Source of the DNA: Eledone cirrhosa
Lineage: Eukaryota
DNA: 64,000 nt
Direction: 5' to 3'
Assembly: GCA_964016885.1 (NCBI GenBank)
Contig: CAXHJY010000322.1
Location: 1 to 64,000, forward strand
In this document: positions 15,001 to 28,100 of the stretch, in pieces
How the letters are laid out: each line of letters begins with the position of its first letter
Position numbering within the stretch: position 1 is the stretch's first letter
Notes under the pieces: generated by a model
Told to the model about the DNA's origin: nothing
What the model saw: the letters and a program-made list of their open reading frames with translations, nothing else
Database searches by the model: none
Program-made: the position numbers and the translations under genes

Positions 15001-18000
15001 TTAACAGAGACAGTAGACATTAAACTAGGATGATGAAAGTTGTCCAACACTTGTTAACAAAGACAGTAGACATTAAACTAGGTTGATGAAAGTTGTCCAA
15101 CACTAGTTAACAGAGACAGTAGACATTAAACTAGGATGATGAAAGTTGTCCAACACTAGTTAACAGAGACAGTAGACATTAAACTAGGATGATGAAAGTT
15201 GTCCAACACTTGTTAACAAAGACAGTAGACATTAAACTAGGTTGATGAAAGTTGTCCAACACTAGTTAACAGAGACAGTAGACATTAAACTAAGATGATG
15301 AAAGTTGTCCAACACTTGTTACCAGGGACAGTAGACATTAAACTAGGATGATGAAAGTTGTCCAACACTTGTTAACAGAGACAGTAGACATTAAACTAGG
15401 ATGATGAAAGTTGTCCAACACTTGTTAACAAAGACAGTAGACATTAAACTAGGTTGATGAAAGTTGTCCAACACTAGTTAACAGAGACAGTAGACATTAA
15501 ACTAGGATGATGAAAGTTGTCCAACACTTGTTAACAGGGACAGTAGACATTAAACTAGGATGATGAAAGTTGTCCAACACTTGTTAACAGAGACAGTAGA
15601 CATTAAACTAGGATGATGAAAGTTGTCCAACACTAGTTAACAGAGACAGTAGACATTAAACTAGGATGATGAAAGTTGTCCAACACTTGTTAACAAAGAC
15701 AGTAGACATTAAACTAGGTTGATGAAAGTTGTCCAACACTAGTTAACAGAGACAGTAGACATTAAACTAAGATGATGAAAGTTGTCCAACACTTGTTAAC
15801 AGGAACAGTAGACATTAAACTAAGATGATGAATGTTGTCCAACACTTGTTAACAGAGACAGTAGACATTAAACTAGGATGATGAAAGTTGTCCAACACTT
15901 GTTAACAGGGACAGTAGACATTAAACTAGGATGATGAAAGTTGTCCAACACTTGTTAACAGAGACAGTAGACATTAAACTAGGATGATGAAAGTTGTCCA
16001 ACACTTGTTAACAGAGACAGTAGACATTAAACTAAGATGATGAAAGTTGTCCAACACTTGTTAACAGAGACAGTAGACATTAAACTAAGATCATGAAAGT
16101 TGTCCAACACTTGTTAACAGAGACAGTAGACATTAAACTAAGATGATGAAAGTTGTCCAACACTAGTTAACAGAGACAGTAGACATTAAACTAGGTTGAT
16201 GAAAGTTGTCCAACACTTGTTAACAGAGACAGTAGACATTGAACTAGGTTGATGAAAGTTGTCCAACACTTGTTAACAGGGACAGTAGACATTAAACTAG
16301 GATGATGAAAGTTGTCCAACACTTGTTAACAGAGACAGTAGACATTAAACTAGGATGATGAAAGTTGTCCAACACTAGTTAACAGAGACAGTAGACATTA
16401 AACTAGGATGATGAAAGTTGTCCAACGCTTGTTAACAGAGACAGTAGACATTAAACTAGGATGATGAAAGTTGTCCAACACTTGTTAACAGGGACAGTAG
16501 ACATTAAACTAGGATGATGAAAGTTGTCCAACACTTGTTAACAGAGACAGTAGACATTAAACTAGGTTGATGAAAGTTGTCCAACACTTGTTAACAGGGA
16601 CAGTAAACATTAAACTAGGATGATGAAAGTTGTCCAACACTTGTTAACAGGGACAGTAGACATTAAACTAGGATGATGAAAGTTGTCCAACACTTGTTAA
16701 CAGAGACAGTAGACATTAAACTAGGATGATGAAAGTTGTCCAACACTTGTTAACAGGGACAGTAGACTTTAAACTAGGATGATGAAAGTTGTCCAACACT
16801 TGTTAACAGAGACAGTAGACATTAAACTAAGATGATGAAAGTTGTCCAACACTTGTTAACAGAGACAGTAGACATTAAACTAGGATGATGAAAGTTGTCC
16901 AACACTTGTTAACAGAGACAGTAGACATTAAACTAGGATGATGAAAGTTGTCCAACACTTGTTAACAGGGACAGTAGACATTAAACTAGGATGATGAAAG
17001 TTGTCCAACACTTGTTAACAGGGACAGTAGACATTAAACTAGGATGATGAAAGTTGTCCAACACTTGTTAACAGGAACAGTAGACATTAAACTAGGATGA
17101 TGAAAGTTGTCCAACACTTGTTAACTGAGACAGTAGACATTAAACTGGGATGATGAAAGTTGTCCAACACTTGTTAACAGGGACAGTAGACATTAAACTA
17201 GGATGATGAAAGTTGTCCAACACTTGTTAACAGAGACAGTAGACATTAAACTAGGATGATGAAAGTTGTCCAACACTTGTTAACAGAGACAGTAGACATT
17301 AAACTAGGATGATGAAAGTTGTCCAACACTTGTTAACAGGAACAGTAGACATTAAACTAGGATGATGAAAGTTGTCCAACACTTGTTAACAGGAACAGTA
17401 GACATTAAACTAGGATGATGAAAGTTGTCCAACACTTGTTAACTGAGACAGTAGACATTAAACTGGGATGATGAAAGTTGTCCAACACTTGTTAACAGGA
17501 ACAGTAGACATTAAACTAATATGATGAAAGTTGTCCAACACTTGTTAACAGGGACAGTAGACATTAAACTAGGTTGATGAAAGTTGTCCAACACTTGTTA
17601 ACAGGGACAGTGGACATTGAACTAGGATGATGAAAGTTGTCCAACACTTGTTAACAGGGACAGTAGACATTAAACTAGGATGATGAAAGTTGTCCAACAC
17701 TTGTTAACAGGGACAGTAGACATTAAACTAGGATGATGAAAGTTGTCCAACACTTGTTAACAGAGACAGTAGACATTAAACTAGGATGATGAAAGTTGTC
17801 CAACACTTGTTAACAGAGACAGTAGACATTAAACTAGGATGATGAAAGTTGTCCAACACTTGTTAACAGGGACAGTAGACATTAAACTAGGATGATGAAA
17901 GTTGTCCAACACTTGTTAACAGAGACAGTAGACATTAAACTAGGATGATGAAAGTTGTCCAACACTTGTTAACAGAGACAGTAGACATTAAACTAGGATG

Positions 18001-21000
18001 ATGAAAGTTGTCCAACACTTGTTAACAGGGACAGTAGACATTAAACTAGGATGATGAAAGTTGTCCAACACTTGTTAACAGAGACAGTAGACATTAAACT
18101 AGGATGATGAAAGTTGTCCAACACTTGTTAACAGGGACAGTAGACTTTAAACTAGGATGATGAAAGTTGTCCAACACTTGTTAACAGGGACAGTAGACAT
18201 TAAACTAAGATGATGAAAGTTGTCCAACACTTGTTAACAGAGACAGTAGACATTAAACTAGGATGATGAAAGTTGTCCAACACTTGTTAACAGAGACAGT
18301 AGACATTAAACTAGGATGATGAAAGTTGTCCAACACTTGTTAACAGAGACAGTAGACATTAAACTAGGATGATGAAAGTTGTCCAACACTTGTTAACAGG
18401 GACAGTAGACTTTAAACTAGGATGATGAAAGTTGTCCAACACTTGTTAACAGGGACAGTAGACATTAAACTAAGATGATGAAAGTTGTCCAACACTTGTT
18501 AACAGAGACAGTAGACATTAAACTAGGATGATGAAAGTTGTCCAACACTTGTTAACAGAGACAGTAGACATTAAACTAGGATGATGAAAGTTGTCCAACA
18601 CTTGTTAACAGAGACAGTAGACATTAAACTAGGATGATGAAAGTTGTCCAACACTTGTTAACAGGGACAGTAGACTTTAAACTAGGATGATGAAAGTTGT
18701 CCAACACTTGTTAACAGGGACAGTAGACATTAAACTAAGATGATGAAAGTTGTCCAACACTTGTTAACAGAGACAGTAGACATTAAACTAGGATGATGAA
18801 AGTTGTCCAACACTTGTTAACAAAGACAGTAGACATTAAACTGGGATGATGAAAGTTGTCCAACACTTGTTAACAGGGACAGTAGACATTAAACTAAGAT
18901 GATGAAAGTTGTCCAACACTTGTTAACAGGGACAGTAGACTTTAAACTAGGATGATGAAAGTTGTCCAACACTTGTTAACAGAGACAGTAGACATTAAAC
19001 TAAGATGATGAAAGTTGTCCAACACTTGTTAACAGAGACAGTAGACATTAAACTAGGATGATGAAAGTTGTCCAACACTTGTTAACAGAGACAGTAGACA
19101 TTAAACTAGGATGATGAAAGTTGTCCAACACTTGTTAACAGAGACAGTAGACATTAAACTGGGATGATGAAAGTTGTCCAACACTTGTTAACAGGGACAG
19201 TAGACATTAAACTAGGATGATGAAAGTTGTGCAACACTTGTTAACAGAGACAGTAGACATTAAACTAGGATGATGAAAGTTGTCCAACACTTGTTAACAG
19301 GGACAGTAGACATTAAACTAAGATGATGAAAGTTGTCCAACACTTGTTAACAAAGACAGTAGACATTAAACTAGGATGATGAAAGTTGTCCAACACTTGT
19401 TAACAGGGACAGTAGACATTAAACTAAGTTGATGAAAGTTGTGCAACACTTGTTAACAGAGACAGTAGACATTAAACTAAGTTGATGAAAGTTGTGCAAC
19501 ACTTGTTAACAGAGACAGTAGACATTAAACTAAGTTGATGAAAGTTGTGCAACACTTGTTAACAGGGACAGTAGACATTAAACTAAGTTGATGAAAGTTG
19601 TGCAACACTTGTTAACAGAGACAGTAGACATTAAACTAAGTTGATGAAAGTTGTGCAACACTTGTTAACAGGGACAGTAGACATTAAACTAAGTTGATGA
19701 AAGTTGTGCAACACTTGTTAACAGAGACAGTAGACATTAAACTAGGATGATGAAAGTTGTCCAACACTTGTTAACAGGGACAGTAGACATTAAACTAAGA
19801 TGATGAAAGTTGTCCAACACTTGTTAACAAAGACAGTAGACATTAAACTAGGATGATGAAAGTTGTCCAACACTTGTTAACAGGGACAGTAGACATTAAA
19901 CTAAGATTATGAAAGTTGTCCAACACTTGTTAACAGGGACAGTAGACATTAAACTAGGATGATGAAAGTTGTCCAACACTTGTTAACAGAGACAGTAGAC
20001 ATTAAACTAGGATGATGAAAGTTGTCCAACACTAGTTAACAGAGACAGTAGACATTAAACTAGGATGATGAAAGTTGTCCAACACTAGTTAACAGAGACA
20101 GTAGACATTAAACTAGGATGATGAAAGTTGTCCAACACTTGTTAACAGGGACAGTAGACATTAAACTAGGATGATGAAAGTTGTCCAACACTTGTTAACA
20201 GAGACAGTAGACATTAAACTAGGATGATGAAAGTTGTCCAACACTTGTTAACAGGGACAGTAGACATTAAACTAGGATGATGAAAGTTGTCCAACACTTG
20301 TTAACAGAGACAGTAGACATTAAACTAGGATGATGAAAGTTGTCCAACACTTGTTAACAGAGACAGTAGACATTAAACTAGGATGATGAAAGTTGTCCAA
20401 CACTTGTTAACAGAGACAGTAGACATTAAACTAGGATGATGAAAGTTGTCCAACACTTGTTAACAGGAACAGTAGACATTAAACTAGGATGATGAAAGTT
20501 GTCCAACACTTGTTAACAGGAACAGTAGACATTAAACTAGGATGATGAAAGTTGTCCAACACTTGTTAACTGAGACAGTAGACATTAAACTGGGATGATG
20601 AAAGTTGTCCAACACTTGTTAACAGGAACAGTAGACATTAAACTAATATGATGAAAGTTGTCCAACACTTGTTAACAGGAACAGTAGACATTAAACTAGG
20701 ATGATGAAAGTTGTCCAACACTTGTTAACAGAGACAGTAGACATTAAACTAGGATGATGAAAGTTGTCCAACACTTGTTAACAGAGACAGTAGACATTAA
20801 ACTAGGATGATGAAAGTTGTCCAACACTTGTTAACAGAGACAGTAGACATTAAACTAGGTTGATGAAAGTTGTCCAACACTTGTTAACAGGAACAGTAGA
20901 CATTAAACTAGGATGATGAAAGTTGTCCAACACTTGTTAACAGAGACAGTAGACATTAAACTAGGATGATGAAAGTTGTCCAACACTTGTTAACAGAGAC

Positions 21001-23995
21001 AGTAGACATTAAACTAGGATGATGAAAGTTGTCCAACACTTGTTAACAGAGACAGTAGACATTAAACTAGGATGATGAAAGTTGTCCAACACTTGTTAAC
21101 AGAGACAGTAGACATTAAACTAAGATGATGAAAGTTGTCCAACACTTGTTAACAGAGACAGTAGACATTAAACTAGGATGATGAAAGTTGTCCAACACTT
21201 GTTAACAGGGACAGTAGACATTAAACTAGGATGATGAAAGTTGTCCAACACTTGTTAACAGGAACAGTAGACATTAAACTAGGATGATGAAAGTTGTCCA
21301 ACACTTGTTAACAGGAACAGTAGACATTAAACTAGGATGATGAAAGTTGTCCAACACTTGTTAACAGGAACAGTAGACATTAAACTAGGATGATGAAAGT
21401 TGTCCAACACTTGTTAACTGAGACAGTAGACATTAAACTGGGATGATGAAAGTTGTCCAACACTTGTTAACAGGGACAGTAGACATTAAACTAGGATGAT
21501 GAAAGTTGTCCAACACTTGTTAACAGGGACAGTAGACATTAAACTAAGTTGATGAAAGTTGTGCAACACTTGTTAACAGAGACAGTAGACATTAAACTAG
21601 GATGATGAAAGTTGTCCAACACTTGTTAACAGGGACAGTAGACATTAAACTAAGATTATGAAAGTTGTCCAACACTTGTTAACAGAGACAGTAGACATTA
21701 AACTAGGATGATGAAAGTTGTCCAACACTTGTTAACAAAGACAGTAGACATTAAACTAGGTTGATGAAAGTTGTCCAACACTAGTTAACAGAGACAGTAG
21801 ACATTAAACTAGGATGATGAAAGTTGTCCAACACTTTTTAACAGAGACAGTAGACATTAAACTAGGATGATGAAAGTTGTCCAACACTTGTTAACAGGGA
21901 CAGTAGACATTAAACTAAGATGATGAAAGTTGTCCAACACTTGTTAACAAAGACAGTAGACATTAAACTAGGATGATGAAAGTTGTCCAACACTTGTTAA
22001 CAGGGACAGTAGACATTAAACTAAGATTATGAAAGTTGTCCAACACTTGTTAACAGAGACAGTAGACATTAAACTAGGATGATGAAAGTTGTCCAACACT
22101 TGTTAACAGAGACAGTAGACATTAAACTAAGATGATGAAAGTTGTCCAACACTAGTTAACAGAGACAGTAGACATTAAACTAGGATGATGAAAGTTGTCC
22201 AACACTTGTTAACAGAGACAGTAGACATTAAACTAAGATGATGAAAGTTGTCCAACACTTGTTAACAGAGACAGTAGACATTAAACTAGGATGATGAAAG
22301 TTGTCCAACACTTGTTAACAAAGACAGTAGACATTAAACTAGGTTGATGAAAGTTGTCCAACACTAGTTAACAGAGACAGTAGACATTAAACTAGGATGA
22401 TGAAAGTTGTCCAACACTAGTTAACAGAGACAGTAGACATTAAACTAGGATGATGAAAGTTGTCCAACACTTGTTAACAAAGACAGTAGACATTAAACTA
22501 GGTTGATGAAAGTTGTCCAACACTAGTTAACAGAGACAGTAGACATTAAACTAAGATGATGAAAGTTGTCCAACACTTGTTACCAGGGACAGTAGACATT
22601 AAACTAGGATGATGAAAGTTGTCCAACACTTGTTAACAGAGACAGTAGACATTAAACTAGGATGATGAAAGTTGTCCAACACTTGTTAACAAAGACAGTA
22701 GACATTAAACTAGGTTGATGAAAGTTGTCCAACACTAGTTAACAGAGACAGTAGACATTAAACTAGGATGATGAAAGTTGTCCAACACTTGTTAACAGGG
22801 ACAGTAGACATTAAACTAGGATGATGAAAGTTGTCCAACACTTGTTAACAGAGACAGTAGACATTAAACTAGGATGATGAAAGTTGTCCAACACTAGTTA
22901 ACAGAGACAGTAGACATTAAACTAGGATGATGAAAGTTGTCCAACACTTGTTAACAAAGACAGTAGACATTAAACTAGGTTGATGAAAGTTGTCCAACAC
23001 TAGTTAACAGAGACAGTAGACATTAAACTAAGATGATGAAAGTTGTCCAACACTTGTTACCAGGGACAGTAGACATTAAACTAGGATGATGAAAGTTGTC
23101 CAACACTTGTTAACAGGAACAGTAGACATTAAACTAAGATGATGAATGTTGTCCAACACTTGTTAACAGAGACAGTAGACATTAAACTAGGATGATGAAA
23201 GTTGTCCAACACTTGTTAACAGGGACAGTAGACATTAAACTAGGATGATGAAAGTTGTCCAACACTTGTTAACAGAGACAGTAGACATTAAACTAGGATG
23301 ATGAAAGTTGTCCAACACTTGTTAACAGAGACAGTAGACATTAAACTAAGATGATGAAAGTTGTCCAACACTTGTTAACAGAGACAGTAGACATTAAACT
23401 AAGATGATGAAAGTTGTCCAACACTTGTTAACAGAGACAGTAGACATTAAACTAAGATCATGAAAGTTGTCCAACACTTGTTAACAGAGACAGTAGACAT
23501 TAAACTAAGATGATGAAAGTTGTCCAACACTAGTTAACAGAGACAGTAGACATTAAACTAGGTTGATGAAAGTTGTCCAACACTTGTTAACAGAGACAGT
23601 AGACATTGAACTAGGTTGATGAAAGTTGTCCAACACTTGTTAACAGGGACAGTAGACATTAAACTAGGATGATGAAAGTTGTCCAACACTTGTTAACAGA
23701 GACAGTAGACATTAAACTAGGATGATGAAAGTTGTCCAACACTAGTTAACAGAGACAGTAGACATTAAACTAGGATGATGAAAGTTGTCCAACACTTGTT
23801 AACAGAGACAGTAGACATTAAACTAGGATGATGAAAGTTGTCCAACACTTGTTAACAGAGACAGTAGACATTAAACTAGGATGATGAAAGTTGTCCAACA
23901 CTTGTTAACAAAGACAGTAGACATTAAACTAAGACGATGAAAGTTGTCCAACACTTTCTTATCAAAGACAGTAGACATTAAACTTGGATAATGAA
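1..23995. repeat. 53-bp tandem satellite (GTCCAACACTTGTTAACAGRGACAGTAGACATTAAACTAGGATGATGAAAGTT), ~450 copies, continues off the left edge; intronic in DENND4
   Basis: 53-nt period visible directly; highly homogeneous with a few recurrent variants; decays at ~23950-23995, about 20 nt before a splice acceptor. Confidence 0.99.
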
Positions 23996-24017
23996 AGCTA
24001 TTTTATTTCTTTTTCAG

Positions 24018-24073
24018 GTGGAAGACACAAAAGATGAACCACAACTCATAGATTTTGATGACAGTCATAAAAG
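24018..24073 (+). CDS. DENND4: DENND4/CRAG exon (VEDTKDEPQLIDFDDSHK-S)
   Basis: ttttatttctttttcag acceptor, AG|gtattt donor; resembles DENND4A '..RLIELDESFKS'; phase 2 joins the next exon. Confidence 0.88.
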
Positions 24074-24164
24074 GTATTTTGAAATATTCTTAATCTTATT
24101 ACTTTTAATATTATTCTAATTCTCTTTCTCCCCCCCCCCCCCCCCTCATTCCTGAGATAGTTGT

Positions 24165-24305
24165 GTAGGCAGAGTCCTTAAATACTCCTTCCAGAGGGTC
24201 CTGTTAAAGCAACCATCTCCAACTGGTGGGATTCCCAAGCGACACCAAGCAAGCTCAAGGATCTAACCACTGTGCTCTGGGTCTACACGTTGGCCTACTG
24301 GTCTC
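24165..24305 (-). mobile_element. Decayed RTE-type LINE 3' fragment (family also at 37495-37830 and 61904-62040)
   Basis: Shared motif gggtcctgt.a.aagcaaccatctccaactg..ggat(t)ccaagcg in all three places; the 37.5 kb copy translates to an RTE-like C-terminus. Confidence 0.6.
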
Positions 24306-24801
24306 CCCATGGGCCTCCTGCCACTTGGTTTACTCTGTATTTCTTTTATTTCTGAATTTGAAAAAAGAACAGGGATCTTTTTTAAAATTCAGAAAGAAAA
24401 AGAAATCAACTGAAACTTTAAAATTGAATACATTTAACATTTTTTATATCTTGAAGATATTGTTAACTCCCACATATGTTGGCATGTGTTGGATGAGTTA
24501 TTACGGTCTGTGATTAGACAGGTCAGACAGACCTCATCCTGTTTATATGTTCCATATTTGTTAAGGTTTTTATAGCAGGATACCCTTCCTAATGTCAACC
24601 ACCTTACGGTGTATATTATGTGCAATTTATTGTGACACCAGCCCAAACATTTTACAGAGTGTACTGGGTGTATTTTATCTGCATGTAAATATGTTACATT
24701 AAGATCTATTTGTCATGAAATTGCTTCAAAATTACAGATACTTGATATTTTAATGTTTGAACCAATGTCTTGGTGAATCTAATTGTTGTTGTTGTTTCTA
24801 G

Positions 24802-24864
24802 TGAAAGAACTGTATTTATTCTTCCACCTGAGCCATCCGGACTACCAGAAGGTGTTACATACAG
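24802..24864 (+). CDS. DENND4: DENND4/CRAG exon (S-ERTVFILPPEPSGLPEGVTY-S)
   Basis: ttctag acceptor, AG|gtaaaa donor; matches DENND4 'SEHTVF.TPPE'; 63 nt, phase 2/2. Confidence 0.9.
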
Positions 24865-24995
24865 GTAAAATATATTTTCTTTCTATAAACTGACATAATT
24901 TAGAATAAATTCTACATAGCCAACATCATCATCATCAGCAGCATTATGATACTTGATATTAATTTTTCATAAAAAAATAATAATACTAATATATA

Positions 24996-25157
24996 ATGTG
25001 GAAGGTGATATATGTAAGAAAGTTAAAACAATGTATAATGGACAGTGAGATAGAGTAACAGAAAAGTTAGTTACCTGGTAACTAACTTTTCTGTTACCTT
25101 CATCTTACTCTCTATTTTGCATTATTTTAACCTTCTTACATATATCACTTTCTACAT
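24996..25157. repeat. Imperfect palindrome with perfect 21-bp inner arms (GTAACAGAAAAGTTAGTTACC-t-GGTAACTAACTTTTCTGTTAC)
   Basis: Centre at 25076; outer arms atgtggaaggtgatatatgtaagaa / ttcttacatatatcactttctacat. Confidence 0.9.
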
Positions 25158-25176
25158 CACCTGCATTTAATATCCA

Positions 25177-28100
25177 TCTTCCACACTAACATAGCTACCT
25201 TCCACACTAACGTAGCTACCTTCCACACTAACGTAGCTACCTTCCACACTAACATAGCTATCTTCCACTCTAACATAGCTACCTTCCACTCTAACATAGC
25301 TACCTTCCACTCTAACATAGCTATCTTCCACTCTAACATAGCTACTTTCCACTCTAACATAGCTATCTTCCACACTAACATAGCTATCTTCCACTCTAAC
25401 ATAGCTACCTTCCACACTAACATAGCTACCTTCCACACTAACATAGCTACCTTCCACACTAACATAGCTACCTTCCACACTAACATAGCTACCTTCCACT
25501 CTAAGATAGCTACCTTCCACACTAACATAGCTATCTTCCACTCTAACATAGCTACCTTCCACACTAACATAGCTACCTTCCACACTAACATAGCTACCTT
25601 CCACACTAACATAGCTACCTTCCACACTAACATAGCTACCTTCCACTCTAAGATAGCTATCTTCCACACTAACATAGCTACCTTCCACACTAACATAGTT
25701 ACCTTCCAGACTAACATAGCTACCTTCCACTCTAACATAGCTACATTCCACACTAACATAGCTACCTTCCAGACTAACATAGCTACATTCCACTCTAAGA
25801 TAGCTACCTTCCACACTAACATAGCTACCTTCCACACTAACATAGCTACCTTACACTTTAACATAGCTACCTTCCACACTAACATAGCTATCTTCCACTC
25901 TAACATAGCTACCTTCCACTCTAACATAGCTACCTTCCACACTAACATAGCTACCTTCCACACTAACATAGCTACCTTCCACACTAACATAGCTACCTTC
26001 CACACTAACATAGCTATCTTCCAGACTAACATAGCTACCTTCCACACTAACATAGCTATCTTCCACACTAACATAGCTATCTTCCAGACTAACATAGCTA
26101 CCTTCCACACTAACATAGCTATCTTCCAGACTAACATAGCTACCTTCCAGACTAACATAGCTACCTTCCACTTTAACATAGCTACCTTCCACACTAACAT
26201 AGCTATCTTCCACTCTAACATAGCTACCTTCCACTCTAACATAGCTACCTTCCACACTAACATAGCGACCTTCCACACTAACATAGCTACCTTCCACACT
26301 AACATAGCTACCTTCCACTCTAACATAGCTACCTTCCACTCTAACATAGCTACCTTCCACTCTAACATAGTTACCTTCCACACTAACATAGCTACCTTCC
26401 ACAGTAACATAGTTACCTTCCACACTAACATACCTACCTTCCACACTAACATAGCTACCTTCCACACCAACATGGCTACCCTCCACACTAACATAGCTAC
26501 CTTCCACACTAACATAGCTACCTTCCACTCTAACATAGCTACCTTCCACACTAACATAGCTACCTTCCACACTAACATAGCTACCTTCCACACTAAAATA
26601 GCTACCTTCCACACTAACATAGCTACCTTCCAGTCTAACATAGCTACCTTCCACACTAACATAGTTACCTTCTATGTTAACATAGCTACCTTCCACACTA
26701 ACATAGCTACCTTCCACTCTAACATAGCTACCTTCCACTCTAACATAGCTACCTTCCACTCTAACATAGCTACCTTCCACTCTAACATAGCTACCTTCCA
26801 CTCTAACATAGCTACCTTCCACTCTAACATAGCTACCTTCCACACTAACATAGCTACCTTCCATGTTAATATAGCTACCTTCCACACTAACATAGCTACC
26901 TTCCACACTAACATAGCTACCTTCCACACTAACATAGCTACCTTCCACACTAACATAGCTACCTTCCACACTAACATAGCTACCTTCCACACTAACATAC
27001 CTACCTTCCTGTCTAACATAGCTACCTTCCACACTAACATAGCTACCTTCCACACTCACATAGCTACCTTCCACTCTAACATAGCTACCTTCCACACTAA
27101 CATAGCTACCTTCCACACTAACATAGCTACCTTCCACACTAACATAGCTACCTTCCACACTAACATACCTACCTTACACACTAACATAGCTACCTTCCAC
27201 ACTAACATAGCTACCTTCCACTCTAGCATGGCTACCTTCCACACTAACATAGCTACCTTCCACACTAAATAGCTACATTCCACATTAACATAGCTACCTT
27301 CCACAATTACAAAGCAACTTCCACACTAACATAGCTACCTTCCACTCTAGCATAGCTACCTTCCACACTAACATACCTACCTTCCACACTAACATAGCTA
27401 TCTTCCACACTAACATAGCTATCTTCCACTCTAACATAGCTACCTTCCACACTAACATAGCTACCTTCCACTCTAACATAGCTACCTTCCACACTAACAT
27501 AGCTACCTTCCACACTAACATAGCTACCTTCCACACTAACATAGCTACCTTCCACTCTAAGATAGCTACCTTCCACACTAACATAGCTATCTTCCACTCT
27601 AACATAGCTACCTTCCACTCTAACATAGCTACCTTCCACTCTAACATAGCTACCTTCCACTCTAACATAGCTATCTTCCACTCTAACATAGCTACCTTCC
27701 ACACTAACATAGCTACCTTCCACACTAACATAGCTACCTTCCACTCTAACATAGCTACCTTCCACACTAACATAGCTACCTTCCAGACTAACATAGCTAC
27801 CTTCCACTCTAAGATAGCTACCTTCCACACTAACATAGCTACCTTCCACACTAACATAGCTACCATGCACTTTAACATAGCTACCTTCCACACTAACATA
27901 GCTATCTTCCACTCTAACATAGCTACCTTCCACTCTAACATAGCTACCTTCCACACTAACATAGCTACCTTCCACACTAACATAGCTACCTTCCACACTA
28001 ACATAGCTACCTTCCACTCTAACATAGCTACCTTCCACACTAACATAGCTACCTTCCAGACTAACATAGCTACCTTCCACTCTAAGATAGCTACCTTCCA

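Noticed and set aside
1-23995. CRISPR-like array
   Set aside because: There are no unique spacers, only head-to-tail monomers; the context is a eukaryotic intron with no cas genes
1-23995. Box C/D snoRNA or hammerhead array suggested by ATGATGA in each unit
   Set aside because: There is no box D (CTGA) in the consensus and no CUGANGA..GAAA with flanking stems
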